Below, piece by piece: positions 50,660 to 64,000 of a stretch of DNA of 64,000 nucleotides (the stretch's first letter is position 1; every line of letters begins with the position of its first letter). Made by a program: the position numbers and the translations under genes. The stretch lies in the NCBI GenBank assembly GCA_001949185.1, contig BDGG01000020.1, positions 186,001 to 250,000 on the forward strand, read 5' to 3'. The notes beneath the pieces are model-generated. The model worked only from the letters and a program-made list of their open reading frames with translations, had not been told where the DNA came from and made no database searches. The stretch comes from Ramazzottius varieornatus (taxonomy: Eukaryota; Animalia; Tardigrada).

Positions 50660-52662
50660 CTAAGATTCCCGTTTCATCTCGATCATTTCCAACAGCAGAG
50701 TATCGTCGAGGTAGCCGTCTTGTCGCGCTTTGTTATACAGGAAGTACTCCCCTTCGTCGGCGAACTTGCGCATTTCCGTCACCAGCGCCATGAAACGGTT
50801 GAAGCGCGACGGAATAGCCGAATGACCGGCTGCGATATCTAGTTTCAACTCTTCCTGACACTTCTCGTATCCCCACTTGATCGGCTTTTGCTTCACCAAG
50901 CCCGGAACATCTAAAAAAAAATACCAGGATAAATCACAGTTTGAGCAGAGAAGCAGTTTCATGGACCTGCTTACACCAGACCAGTCATTTGGTGTACTGC
51001 GTCGGTACGCAGGTACATGCGACATTTCACAATACGTTTCCATCAGGTAGCTGCATACACCGCATACCACCGCACCATAGCTCGAGAGTATGCAGGTGCG
51101 TGCAGAACGAAGAAAATCTACCCGAAAGTTCAGATTTAGACTTACATGGATTCAACAACAGGATCATCTTGACGTTGAGGTACTCGTCTCTGTCCATGCC
51201 CAGTTCGCGGACAGACTCTACCACTCCTTGGATAGCCGCGGAGTTTGCCGAATGGCCTAGAGCAGCCAAGTCAGCCATGTGAATAGGAGCTGCGGAAGAG
51301 TCGAACTTGTGCGTTTCTTGGAGGTAGCCTCCAGCCAAGTGGTAGATGATGTCGAACATCAGGAAGGAGTTCCAGCCGTGTTGCAGAAGCTTCTTCTGGT
51401 CCTCATACTGTAAGAGAGATGGTATGATGCTGGCGTACAAACCTTAACGCTGGACAACGGGCAAGAACTCGCAGAAAGATGTAACCGAGTTGACTGCCTG
51501 ACTGGATTGGTTACTTACGTCAAGAGAATCGAAGAAAGTGGAATCACGAGCCCACTCCACGAAAGCATACACTTTTCTGTCCAGCACGTTACAGAGAATC
51601 TCCAACGGGGCCGCATGGGGCTTCTTCTTGCCTTCTTCCTCGATCAGTTCCAGCAGAGAAGATCGCCAGGTGACTTCATCTGGTACTGTGTTCTTCATCT
51701 GCGAGACCAACTTCGGAATTCTGGGCATGAGAGCCGCGAACTTTGTAAAGTTCGGATCTGGAACGACGCAAAAGGTCTGTACATGCTTCATAAGAGTCGA
51801 AGGATGGCAAAGCTTACCCGTATCACCATTGCTGGAAGACGTGGTGGCCGTTTCCGGCAGTGACTGCCGACCAGCCTTTCGCGTAGTCTTCATCGGTGTT
51901 ACTTCCTTCTTGGGTGGCGGCGCCACGGCCGCTGCTCTCTTCCGCTTGGGCTTTGGTTCTTCTTCAGCCTCACTGCCATCTGAGAACTCTTGCTTGGGTC
52001 TGCGACCACGAGCCGGGCTGGCGCTGAAGCTGCCAGAACTGGAAGGACAACCGCGAGCTCGATCCTGACGAACAGCTGTAATCAGATCAAGGGTTAGTCA
52101 ATCGAGCGCAGAGCCACCGGATAATGCCACAGCGCTCGCAGCCAACAATCAACCGGAATTTTTCTATTGGTTAAGTTTGCACAGGGATGCACCAATCAGC
52201 CAGGATAGCTATATGGCAGCGTTCACGAATGCGCAGAGTACGGCAACGCCCCCTTCAGAAGAAATTACCGTCAGTTTTCATCCCGACGTTGAGGCACTGC
52301 TGGAAGCGACAGTAGCAGCAGCGCTGCGTCCGCGCTTTGCCCAGTCTTTCCACGGCACAGTCTTGGTTTCCTCTGCAAGTGTACTGCTTGTTCTTCTGGA
52401 TGGTGCGACGGAAGAAGGCCTTGCAGCCTTCGCAGGTCCGGACGCCGTAATGGTAGCCCGACACCTCATCTCCACACACTTTGCAAGGCTCCTTCACGTG
52501 GTTCATTCCGTTCGTTCCCGAGCCATTCTCTTCACCGTATGCCCCGTCCTCTTTGTCAAAAGCCTCGGGGGAACTGTCATGATGGTGGACCGCGCTCTTT
52601 CGATTCCTCGCGGCTCGTTTGTTGGAGACGTCTTCGGGAAAGGAGTGACGCGCTTTCGACAT
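50660..52662 (-). CDS. Divergent NR5A/FTZ-F1-like nuclear receptor, 4 coding exons
   Basis: C4 zinc fingers [30 protein letters not shown]...[11 protein letters not shown] followed by [12 protein letters not shown] has [43 protein letters not shown] and AF-2 LLLEMI. Confidence 0.9.
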
Positions 52663-53388
52663 TTTGCTGGCCTTTTGCTGACGTCCGTCTCCTGTTACCG
52701 CTCACGTCAGCCCTTCAGGCCTGCAACGAGAAATCAGCAGTGTCGAACAATCATATGACGCTGGGTGAAAAAAGGATCCAGCTCTCGAAATCTACCGGAA
52801 ACAACAAGATGATTGGCCAGACAAAAGTTTGAAACTGAAAATTCTAAATGAGCAACACCAAGTGACGTCAGCCCATACCGTGCCGCAGGATTTTACCAAC
52901 TTGCAGCATGGCTTACGGTAAGCTGCAAATCACCGAATCATCCAACAGGAAAATTAACCACTGGCATTCACTCACATTTTCTCTACAGAACTTTCGTCCC
53001 ATCGCAAAAATCTGCTTTCTCGTAGAGCTACCCTAGCACTGCCTGGTTGATTCGAATTGCCTTGAAATTGGCTTGTGGGCCGGATCATTCCTTGGTGTTG
53101 GCTCACAAATTAAACTTGATCCTGATTACACAGACTGAATCACAGCCGCTGCTCCAGGACTGGCAACGGCCTCAATCAAGCCGAATCAACCACAGCCCAG
53201 AACGTCCCGAGGTGGACAGCTAGGTAAAGCGTCGTTTGCACTTGCTTATCACAATAATTTATACTAAATTCAAAAACTGCGCCCTTAGTATGAAACTCTA
53301 TCCGCACTTTAAAAGGTTCGCTGACGGTAGTTAATTAACGCCATTTTTCTTACCTTCTGTTCCAGGTTCAGCTGTACAAAAGGTCTTC

Positions 53389-54295
53389 TCAAGGTCAAAA
53401 TGGCCGATAAAAGACCCTGCTGCTGACAAGTCCACAAATAGTTCAAATATAACGCATTCCGCTACAAAACAGGCCAAGTTGGAGACACGATTATGTAGGA
53501 AAAAAATCTGTCAGCTTTCAACTCGAAATGCCCAAGCTATAACCTGCAGGTTTACTTTCTCGTTGAAAGCTTGCTGCTTGAGTTCAGCCAGAGATACGAC
53601 TGTACGCTCATCGGTGGAGGTCACACCCCGCCAGCGTGACCTCATGCTTCGTTCTCTTGGTTCAGCTTGACTACGTTAGCTCGTATGGTGTTTTGTAACC
53701 CACAGCTATGTAGCAGGTCATGAGATGCGAAGCAAACATCGTGCTAAGCTCGGTACACAGTACAAAGCTTGCCTGACTGCTTTAACGCGTTTGCCGAGGG
53801 GGCACAAAGCGATCAACTTTATCGATCTCCTACAGGAGGTTATCAGGCCGGTAGGCTGTAACCCGACAAGGGTCATACTAATAGTGGAGGTCACGTAGCG
53901 CCTACTGCCTTTAGCCGCTGTCCGTAAGTCTTTCTGCCGATGTTATGCAGCGATACGGAAACACCCCAACCCGATCAAAGTTCTTTGCATTACATACCGT
54001 GAAACCACAGTCTTGTCGACGGAACAAACATAACCCTCTATGCTTTCAGTGTAAAAGGCAAATTTGACCTTGGCAGCGCAGATCCGTCACAGCAACGTGA
54101 CCGACGTTTAATTGCCTCGTTCGACGCGCCGTTATCGAATATGCCATTTCTTCAACACTGGATCCCACAACCCCACGACAGCCATGAAGCTCGAGCAGTT
54201 TGTCATAATTCTCTTTATTCGGCGGTGGCGGGGAATATTATTCTTGACTTAAAGGCATACTTGAAGCAACAGTATCAAAGTTCGAACAGAGGTCA
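53389..54295. promoter_or_regulatory. Cluster of nuclear-receptor response elements upstream of the NR gene
   Basis: Seven perfect AGGTCA/TGACCT hexamers, two of them full NR5A-type YCAAGGTCA sites (53389-53397; 54065-54073 on -). Confidence 0.55.
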
Positions 54296-56364
54296 ACGGG
54301 TAGCTAGATCGCCAGTTGGAGAGGTCGCAATAGATGGCGCTTCGTAGAGTCGGAAATGAATATCTCTTGCCTTGCAGAAGAACTGCCCATCGGCAGATGT
54401 CCGTGGGGGTTTAGATCGTTTGAAATCTTTTCTTTTTTGAGCGCTTTTTGGTTTTGTCTGTCGACGTGGCTTCACCGAACAGGACCCTCGGCAAACACAG
54501 TCGGCAAACACAGATCGTTTTTCAAAGTGGCGCGCCATGGCGGTGACTTTGGCTGGAACCATGCGCCACTGGGGAAAACGATCTGGCTGAGACTACTTGC
54601 TGGCAAAAGATTAATTTTCCTAGTGTTTGTCAGTCTTATCAGTTCTCTGGTATGTAAACTATGTGCCCTACTTTTGTCGTCAGATTTTATGACACGTCGC
54701 CAGAATTAATGCAATGAACTATCAAGGAGCCCGAGTCCTGATTTCTGGTGCAAAATGACTGATGTCCTCCTGTCAAGGATGCAAAGCGTACTCCTGTCCA
54801 CGGTCCACCCTTTCACTCGTCATGTCAAATCGGACAACAGCGTTACGATCGGATATTGCCAGACTTAGCAAGAGCTCTATTCAGAAAGATAATTTGATGA
54901 ACAACAACAAAAGGCGGAGTTGCATTGATGCCTTTGTCCAGTCTAAGCCAGCCATGAATGGACATTACAGTCAACTCAGCAAAAGACGGATTTTACAGAG
55001 CTATAATTGTGTTATGTCGAGGAAATTCATACTGGTCCGACATGCAATGAACTATTTCTGAACAAAAGAAAAGGATTGTTCAGCTTTGTGCAACGGAGCA
55101 ATAATCCGTGCAAGATAGGCACGCTCTCCATCGTGACGTGTGAATCCGCTCGTGCACCAGAGGGTTTACAGAACTCTGAACATCTCGCAAAGCTCCTCGA
55201 CAACATGTTCACCGGCAAAACTTCCATCACTGTTACGGTTACGCCCTCCGGTGAAAGGACATCGGGAGACGGGAGCTGGGGAAAAAACACAAAGTATACG
55301 CTCCTTATCTTGAGTGGCGCACCCCTCCTTCGGTGACAGTGCAAAGGGGCCCATTTGAAAAAACGTGCAAGATCGTTTCCGTAAGTGGTGCACGTTTACG
55401 TTGTTCCCGAATGGAAGAGTGCGCTACTGAAGGTCAAAAATTTGTACGTGTTTCTTGAACAGCTTCCATGTGTCGGCTCGAAGCGGAAGAGGAAAAGCAC
55501 CTCGAGCTCCTGGAAAAGGAAGAGCTGGATGCAGTGAGGGAGATAGTGTTCGAGGTCTTTGGCATATACGTATACGGTAGGCTGATGTATGCGCCCCGCA
55601 TTGATCTCTTGTCACTGTAAATTAGATCTTGGCCATTTATCCCCCCAAATCCCATGGGATTCTCCATGGAACGATGGAATAAGTTAGTACCATACCCATT
55701 TATTCATCAGTGCCAAAGTTAGACTAGCTACCAGCATTGATCATGTAAACAGACGCAGCGGTCCTTCTTTGCATATTCAACGTCTTCCTCCATAAATCAA
55801 GATGTTTCACTGCCGGAAAGCGAAATCCCGCCAAGGAAATTGCGCGGCCTATTTCGTTGCCATCTAAGAGCTCCTACTTATCATTCTGTGGGAGAAGAAA
55901 CTCAGCCTACGATTATCCTCTACTGCATTCTGCAAGATTTATATCCACACCTACATATTTAATGCGTTAACTTTGGCACGATTGGCTCGATGGGATAGGC
56001 GTTCCCCCGTGAGAGTCTCGCAACATATTGTATCGTATGGAGGAGTTGTACAGTATAACGTACTCTACTCTGGTAATGCCACAGTAAGTGGCCGTAATAT
56101 TCCTTCTACCGAGTGTTATTTCAGCCGGCCATTTCAAAATATTCCATGCACGCAACTGTGTATTCTCGGTGAAGGCTACATAGTGCCGATGCAATTTACA
56201 CAAGCCAGCCGGTTTCTTTTTTGTATGCCTTCGAGTGTCTCGTTCATCATATTCCCATAAACACATTCACCGATGTCTTTGTTGTTCACTCGAGGATTTG
56301 CTCGGATCAGTTTCGAAAATCAGATTGTCGCCGGATGAACTGAGCGCGGAATTGAGAATTGAGG

Positions 56365-59300
56365 ATGATCGAGTCGTGGAAGAAAACTGTGGAATACTCG
56401 CTGGGACCTTGTCTTGCCGTTTTGATGTACTGGAACACTTTCCAGGCCGAGTTTGTCTATGACGATAAGTAAGTCAAGATTACAACTTCGACAGGTTTTA
56501 CCACCTCAAATCATCCACCCGCAGATTGGATTTATGCGAAAGGCAATCCCACGTTATCACCAGACTCATTATAAATGAAAAATGACTAACCAGAATGTTT
56601 ACTCATCAACGTTCAGAACTGGATAAGTCTCAGTTTATCGAAAAAATTTTAGACAGGAGTATTTTTGTGATGGAGTACACAGCCCACCTGATCTAGCCTT
56701 GTAAGCTGTGCTTTCCTCCGATATTTTTGACTAATACAGCTCATTTTCTACAAGGACTTAGACAAAAGTTTCTACGCTATTCTACCCAGAAGAAAAAGAA
56801 CACAATCACACAGTAACCAATGCCTATGACACAATAGTCTGAATGTACAGTGCGTTTTTGTTTCAGTCGGGCAATACTTGCCAACGAGGACCTCCGTCCA
56901 GAGAGTACTTCCTGGTCCCAGCTCTGGTTCGACGATTTCTGGGGGACTCCTTTACGTCACACCGGTAGCCATAAATCCTTTCGGCCATTATGCGTGACCA
57001 CCTTCCGTCTGAACTACCTCATACACGGTCTCCAGCCAGCCGGATACCATATCGTCAACGTCATCCTCCATGCTCTGACCACTGGTCTCCTCCAGCAAGT
57101 GCTCCGGAAGATGACCGGTCAGAACGATGTGGCCTTTATTGCCGTTCTCCTCTTCGCCGTCCATCCTGTCCATACCGAGGCAGTGGCCGGTGTGGTGGGT
57201 CGAGCAGACTTGGGCGCAGCCTTCTTCTTCCTGATGAGCTTCCTGGCCTATATTTATTATTGCCAGTTTCGCGATCAAGTGGCCGACGAGGGAACGGGAT
57301 TCGATTTGATCCGGACTAAACAAGCACTTGGGACCTCCGTCAAGTGTGGTCCGGTAATTATTCCCGTCCTACTGGCTGCCAGCTGTATCTTCGCTCTTCT
57401 TTCTTGTTTGTTCAAAGGCAAGTAAAAATAAACCGTCAGAAAACGTTTTTAAGAAAACTTTTAACGTTGGCAGATTATTTAAGCACGAGTGTTTTCCCAA
57501 GTGACGCACGTTTCCAGACAGTAACTTCGAAAAGTGCGCCACTTAAGTTAACGACGTTATTCAGTTCATTTGCCGACGAACCATTTACTGGCCGTGCAAG
57601 GCTTTAAGCGCTGGTTCAGTCGCTTCTAAATGACGGATTTATTTAAGCTGCATTGTTGTCAAGACTGTTTCTGATCAAGCAGTTGTAAACAAGTCTAATA
57701 CGGGAACCGGTGACACTGGTTCTTGATTTTTCTTCCAGAAACGGGAATTACGGTGATCGGGTTGTGCCTTTTTCACGACATCGTCATCCTTCAAGGCTTT
57801 CGAAGGCCTCAAGAGCTCCTTCGCGCGGTTAAAGTAGGTGACGTGTTGATGTTGACACCATGTAAATATTGACCGTGATCCCCTTAACTTCGTCTGAGAT
57901 GCAGCTGGCTTGTTACCCTTGTTACAGAAATCGCATAACAAACGTCTAGAGGGTTCCTTCGCCCTGCTTTGTTGGCTTTGCTTGGTTCTCACGGCCCGCA
58001 TCCTCTGGATGGGCTCTGTTCCGCCCCGCTTCGCTCCAGCAGACAATCCCGCCGCGGACAGCCCGTTTATTCAGACTCGATTCTTGACTTTCGCCTATCT
58101 TCCGGTGCTCAACTTGAAGCTTCTCATCAACCCGAACGTCTTGAGCTATGATTGGTCCATGGACGCAGTACCGCTGGTCACTACCTGGTTCGACCGGCGG
58201 AACTTGCTGTCGGCCATTCTTTACGGTGGTCTTTTCCTACTCGGTAATTCCCACCCCTAAAAGAAATGGATTTCGTATCAGTTTATTGAAGTACAGATTC
58301 ATTCTGAGTAAACTAGAGTCTTTTATACGTCATAACTGCACAGATGATTTCAATGTCTGAATGAGGCTCTCCGCAAATTCAGGAAATTTTTTCTGTAGTG
58401 TTTCTATATTACTGTAGTGCGTATGTATTTTATAGGCAAGCGGTTTTCCGGAATGGCATGCAGCCTGAAAGAGCAATCGCGGTTGATATCGGAGGAGGAG
58501 AGGCTAGTCCTCGCAGTTGCCCTGTTGATCATCCCCTTCCTTCCGGCGACAAACATATTTTTCTACGTGGGCTTTGTGTTGGCGGAGCGGATACTGTACG
58601 TGCCCAGCATGGGCTTTGCTTGGTTGCTGGCTGAGGGGCTCATCAAAGCATGCAATTATGCTAAAAGCCCGCTGCAGCGACGAACAATAGCCGCTGGCTT
58701 TTGCGGGATAATGTTGGCCCATTCATGGCGGACATGGAACAGAAACTATGACTGGATGACCGAAGAGAGGCTGTATCTGTCGGGGACGGGAATCAATCCG
58801 GCAAAATCGTGGAGCAACCTCGGTAAATTTTCTGCGCAGACTGCTCAAGTTCAATCTTAACGAAATATTAATAGATCGTAGAAAAACGCAAGAAAACCGA
58901 GAAAGCTAAATCCGAATTTCGTGAAGCTTGCTCTCGACTTCGTGATTGGTTATTTGGGACTGAAATCGGAGCACTGCATTGTTGAGTGCAGTGTATCGCT
59001 GTCAGCTGTTTTCTCATCATGGATTCGTCATGGTTCTAGGGAACATCTGGAGTCAAAGGGGAAAGTTGAAGGAAGCGGAAATGGGCTATCGGCGGGCGTT
59101 GATGCACAAGCCCAACATGGCCGATGCTCATTACAATTTGTAAGTAGACTTTCATCCACGTGTCCATCTATCTCTCTGGAAAATATTGGGCAGTGGCTTT
59201 GCGAACATCGGCCCATGGGCAAGTCTGCATAATGCTTGCTTTGCACTACCATCAAATTCAATCATCCTTGTCCAAATGAAATATAAATGGCCATATAATA

Positions 59301-61883
59301 GAATGCCTCCCACTGTGCTTCTCTGTCGCTTTTATGGCTTTCATCTCTCCTGATTGCAGGGGATTACTGCTGCAGGAACAGCGCCGGATGAATGAGTCCA
59401 TTACTAGCTACCACAACGCCATCACCTTCCGCCACAATATGGCAGGTAAGATTTTGATCATCTTCCCACCAATTTTCAATATTTGCGAACCCGGCAAAGA
59501 AATTGGACGAGACCGTTTCCCGAGTGACGCACTCATCCTCATCCAGTGCTCTCAGCTGGAGGAATGCGCCACTTTGAATAACACCAACGCTAAAATCGTT
59601 TCTCCGAGTGGCGTTCTCTTAGGCCAAAAAAACTAAGAACGTGCGCCACTTAGTCTTTCCGAGGTTGTTCGCCAAGTTCTCGGTTCGGCAATCGATGGAA
59701 GCTTTATGCTTGACCTAGGCAATTCAACTTGATTAAGCTTGCGTATTCGTCCATTCCCTAGTGGCTCATCTCAACTTGGGAATAGCCTTGCAAGGCCTTG
59801 GACGGCAACGGGAGGCCGAGGAGACCTACAAGCACTGCGCGCAGCTGGACACTTCCTCATTGAAAGATCCCAAACTGCACGAAAACGCCAAAATTACGTG
59901 TCTGTATAATTTAGGCCGACTCTTTGTGGATGAGCATCGCTATCAAGTAAGCATCAGCACCGAAGGGAGATGAATACGAGATCAGACTCTTCCCAAATGT
60001 AATAAGCGGTGTCACGTTACCAGCACACACCAATGTCCCAATTGTAATCTCCTTTTAAAGCCTTTCTAATTGGCCACTTTCATTCACCCATGGTCTCTTC
60101 CGCTGTGTGCAGGATGCCGTGGATGTATTTACTCGCGCGGTGTCAAATCGACCCAGACATTATGCTCCACAAGGCCTGTATAATATGCTGGGTAAGGACA
60201 GGCGAGCCGGACGTGTCTAAACCTTTCCGGCTATGAGCCTTTAATTCGCTCCACTAATCGGCTAATGTGGCTGTAAGTGTAATGCGGTGTTACCTTTTTC
60301 AGGTGAGGCTTACTTCCAGCTTGGTCGACCAGATTTGGCCGAAAAGTGGTATCAGATGGCATTGCAGACGAAGCCGGACCATGTTACCGTTCATCTGACT
60401 TACGCCCGGTTTCTTTACAAACAGGCAAGAACCAGGAAGTAATTTTATCTGATCACCCAAGCATGGGAACTAACGCACTGAATTATTCGCAAATACTAAA
60501 ACATCCTGTGGTGTCTTTCTTACTCAGTTAGTTTCCAGAAGATCATGCAGTCATCCAAGAAGTTGTCCACATGTAATAAAATATCGGGAAGAAGGTTGCA
60601 TACTCACGAAGTCGGCACTTTCCTACGGTTGATCTCTTGCAGAATCGTACGGCAGCAGCCGAGCAGATATTCTCGACCGTCCTCCATTCTGTCCCAAACG
60701 ATTCCACCGCCTATAACTTTTACGGTAATATTCGGGTATCGGCAGCCCAATTTACGGGATAACGATCGCTGATCAAACTGTTCAAGAATCGACTTTCAAG
60801 TTTTGGAACCCTAAGGACAAATCAAATTACTGATGAGATCTAATATAGCAGAGATCGACGAATACGATGTTGTAACCCATTTAGCTGTCTAACCGGTGGT
60901 CAGATGGCTACGTCAGGGAAGGACTCAGGGGTAGAGTTTCTGACTGAATAGGTTTCGACGTCAAGATGACGTCGTACAGCCTGAAAGTGCGTCTGCATCT
61001 GTTTGGACACAAAACCCCATGCGGGGGGTTTGCTGCTGATAATCACCTCTGCAATTTTCGAGGAAATCTTCCAAAAGGATGAACAGTTTTGCTAAACTCT
61101 ATCCGTGGCGAAGCGGCGAAGCTAGCACTTGATACCCCTGAATATTGTGAACAATTTCAAGTTGAAAAAGGATCGTTCGGAGCTAAAAATGATATCCCGC
61201 AAATAAAGCTGCCGATACCAATTTACGGAAATCTGCTGCTGACTACATCTTTTGCTATCGGTCGAGAAGAATACACCGCATCCACGAGCGCGCGAATTAT
61301 ACAAGCAGACAGAATTTTACGATGAACGCGGATGCTGTATGGCGATGCGTACATTCAATTTTCCACTGAATGTTGCAGGACAATTTTTGATGGACAGTGG
61401 CCGGGCCGAAGAGGGTGTCAAAGTCTTGTTGAAAGGAACGGAAATGTATCCCCACGACTTTCAATGTTTGACTAACGTTGCTGGTGCCTTGAGGTATGTA
61501 CCCATTCATCTCCCCCATATTCAACGCTCTAAAATGCAGATGCGACCGTTCTCACCACTTCCTGCTGTAACACCAACAGCTGTTACAGCATGTCAACGTA
61601 TTAAAATGTGTGACATTTCTCGCGCCTTTGCAGACAATCTGGGGATAACGTCAAAGCCGAGCATTACTACCGCCGCGCTGCTCAAGTTGATCCCTTCCAA
61701 GTGTCGGGCCACATCAATCTGGGCGCCATCCTTCATCTCAATGGACACTGGCAGGAAGCCGAGATGGCATACTTGCGCGCCCTGCAGCTGGACAACCTCA
61801 ACAGCATCGCAACCGAGAATCTTCAGAAACTGAGGAATTTGATGATGCGTCAGTTTGATGAACATAAACTGTCCAGAACTTGA
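56365..61883 (+). CDS. TMTC2: TMTC2-like protein O-mannosyltransferase (TM + DUF1736 + TPR), multi-exon
   Basis: FVYDD, DFWGTPL...SHKSFRPL, HPVHTEAVAGVVGRAD, FKETGIT, PPRFAPADNPAA, YDWSMDAVP, PFLPATNIFFYVGFVLAERILYVPSMG, INPAKSWSNLG, DPKLHE...CLYNLG, TPRs. Confidence 0.92.
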
Positions 61884-63378
61884 CGAGGCGATTTCTAGAA
61901 ATAGTCTTCTACGTGCTTTCAGAAGTATGATGACACTGAGTAGAAATCAAGTGTCCAGCACATGTGCGGTCTGCTCGTGCTTCCCTGGTTTTTATTTCCG
62001 TCGCTCTTTCAGTACACTGGGTTCAAGAATTTTCGTATCGGTTTTCTCCGATGATGTGTTTTTTGGTGATGTCAAAGCGGTATATTGTACGGCAAAGATT
62101 CCACATTCATCAAAATCGATCTCTTTTCCGCATCAGAAATTCTATTTATATTTGTGTATAATTCTCCCTTGAAGTGGATGAAAGATGGTCCAAATTCTTT
62201 ACTTTGAAGTGTTGTGCCCCACTTTGCTTTTCAGCCTTTTAAAATAGCGGAAATAAATAAAGCCTGTTAAGAGGCTTCATAGCTGATCCGATCCATAGAA
62301 TCCCTCCTAGAAAGCCAGAGCCACTCTAAACCGTCTACCTCCGGCAAACACTCCCAACGACGGGATCTAAACACAATAACAGGTTCGACGGAATATAGTG
62401 AACGAAGCGGGAACGACAAACGCCGGTATGCTACCAGTAGGCCGAAATGGGGACAGGGAACGAGATTATCCATAAAGGATGGTCCATTTGCCTTGTTCTG
62501 ATCGAATTAGAGTTAACAGTTGATTAGCGCCCACTATTTACCGTATCGCGGGTTTAAAATGGCCGTCAGCCAAGATTAGTCCTAATCTTTGATCGATTAC
62601 CTCTGAGCCCATGAACCAAGTTTTTTCTCGACAGAATTGCAAAGAAAGACATTTTTTTCGAAACTGACATTTTCAGCTCCGAACCCGAACTTCTTGAAGT
62701 AACCTGAACAATTTGCGCACCACATTGTAAACAAGACCTAGTAGAGACTGGTCGACGTTTATGTATGATAAGTAGGGTTGCGAAGTGAAAGGACGGAAAT
62801 TTTCACTTTTTTCAGCGTAGTTTATACTGTTCTTCGCGGAAAAATCAATTAATCACTGAATCACAAACCGATTGATTCATTGATATCTCGGAGAAGAACC
62901 GTGAAACCTTCGGGGAGCAAAATGACCTAATGATAAGGTAAACTACTATGTGTGTAGATTCAGACCCCCGAAAGTCCCTCTGGTGGCGCCACCTGGCTGG
63001 TACAGCTAGGGGTGCAGACTATACAGTTAGGGGTCTAGTTTACTGTAACTCACCTGACAGGAAATTTTATATCGCGAATAAACTGGGTTAGTCTATCTCG
63101 ACAGCCTTCCTCTTAACCAGTCCAAAGGCTGTGCTTCACTCTTGTGGATTAAAGGAGATCGGAAGTTCCGAAAAAACAATTCCCTTGAAGCAGACTTCGC
63201 TAAACCATTCAAAGGATTCGACACGAGAGATTTACCTTTATTGAAAAAGGAACCGCCACCGTGTAGGTGGTAGCTTCTCGACTCGGTAGCAGGAGAATTA
63301 AGACTTCATGAACATTCTGTACTTGGAGTGAGAAAGATCCGAATAAGGCTAACAATCCCATCTATAGTCGATCAAAAT

Positions 63379-63447
63379 TCAAAATGAAGGTATTGCTGGA
63401 GAACAAGTGGACAGATCAAAATGAAGGTATTGCTAGAGAACAAGTGG
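63379..63447 (+). repeat. 37-bp-period tandem duplication
   Basis: TCAAAATGAAGGTATTGCT(G/A)GAGAACAAGTGG occurs twice (63379, 63416). Confidence 0.85.
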
Positions 63448-64000
63448 GGCTACGCTCGCTAGTAATAAACTCGTCGAATTCTCCGTGTCTTAGATATCGC
63501 CCTATCCCGCGATTTCTTATGCGCGTGTGAAGTTTCGGTCCTTTTAACCTTTTGTGCTACTAAAGTTTTTCGTGGAACTTGTAATAATTATGATGTACAC
63601 TGCAATGCCACTTTCTGTGTTTGTTTACGTCACTTGGATATCTGGAACCCTGTGGTAAGTCGAGCATTACTAAACCATCCGTCTTGTACGCAGTAACGGT
63701 ACGCGGCGACCGGCGCACACGATACATGTGCGATGATGACGCTATCTCTCGTATTGTAGTTACGTGTGTAACTACTGTTACCCACCGATCATAGGCCGCT
63801 ACTTTCCGAACGAGACAAAGTTCGTGAGTTGTGCCTCCAGCGCGTCCTGGAAAACCAAGAATTGTCTGGATGGATGTTCCATTGGCACTGTAAGAGGTGC
63901 GTGACACTGATTAACTTATCCACGAAGTGCTGCGCTAGTTTCGATGTAAACTTCTTGAAGGCAACGGTAAAAGCATGACCATCCGCACCTGCGCCTCCGC

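Noticed and set aside
51538-52758. Plus-strand 176- and 193-aa ORFs
   Set aside because: Antisense shadows of nuclear receptor exons.
54762-55336. ORF with GHYSQ resembling a CAP/SCP motif
   Set aside because: Lacks the following VW and other CAP motifs; no coherent gene model.

Overview
Eukaryotic, gene-dense animal genomic DNA with short spliceosomal introns and three 50-N scaffold gaps. The compact architecture and composition suggest a small-genome invertebrate such as a tardigrade (inference only). Genes reconstructed from the sequence: a two-domain fasciclin, an astacin protease, a BTB protein, an intact DHRS11-like SDR plus a decayed paralog, a GAS8/DRC4-like coiled-coil gene head-to-head with a long disordered-protein gene, two MS4A/CD20-like paralogs, two Ly6/three-finger-like GPI proteins, a small 2-TM protein, a two-RRM protein, an NHLH/NSCL bHLH, an ankyrin-repeat protein, a divergent NR5A/FTZ-F1-like nuclear receptor and a TMTC2-like O-mannosyltransferase. 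DNA transposons are abundant: a PIF/Harbinger-type element with ACT TSD, an inactivated Tc4/Tc5(pogo)-like element, a hAT-type MITE and at least eight TA-flanked MITEs. The most notable signals are: (1) the NR5A-like receptor has an ER-type P-box (CEGCKA) and a broken FTZ-F1 box; (2) a dense cluster of AGGTCA/NR5A response elements lies directly upstream of it; (3) three GC-AG introns are required to keep genes in frame; (4) three paralog pairs are arranged in mirror order around the Tc5-like element.
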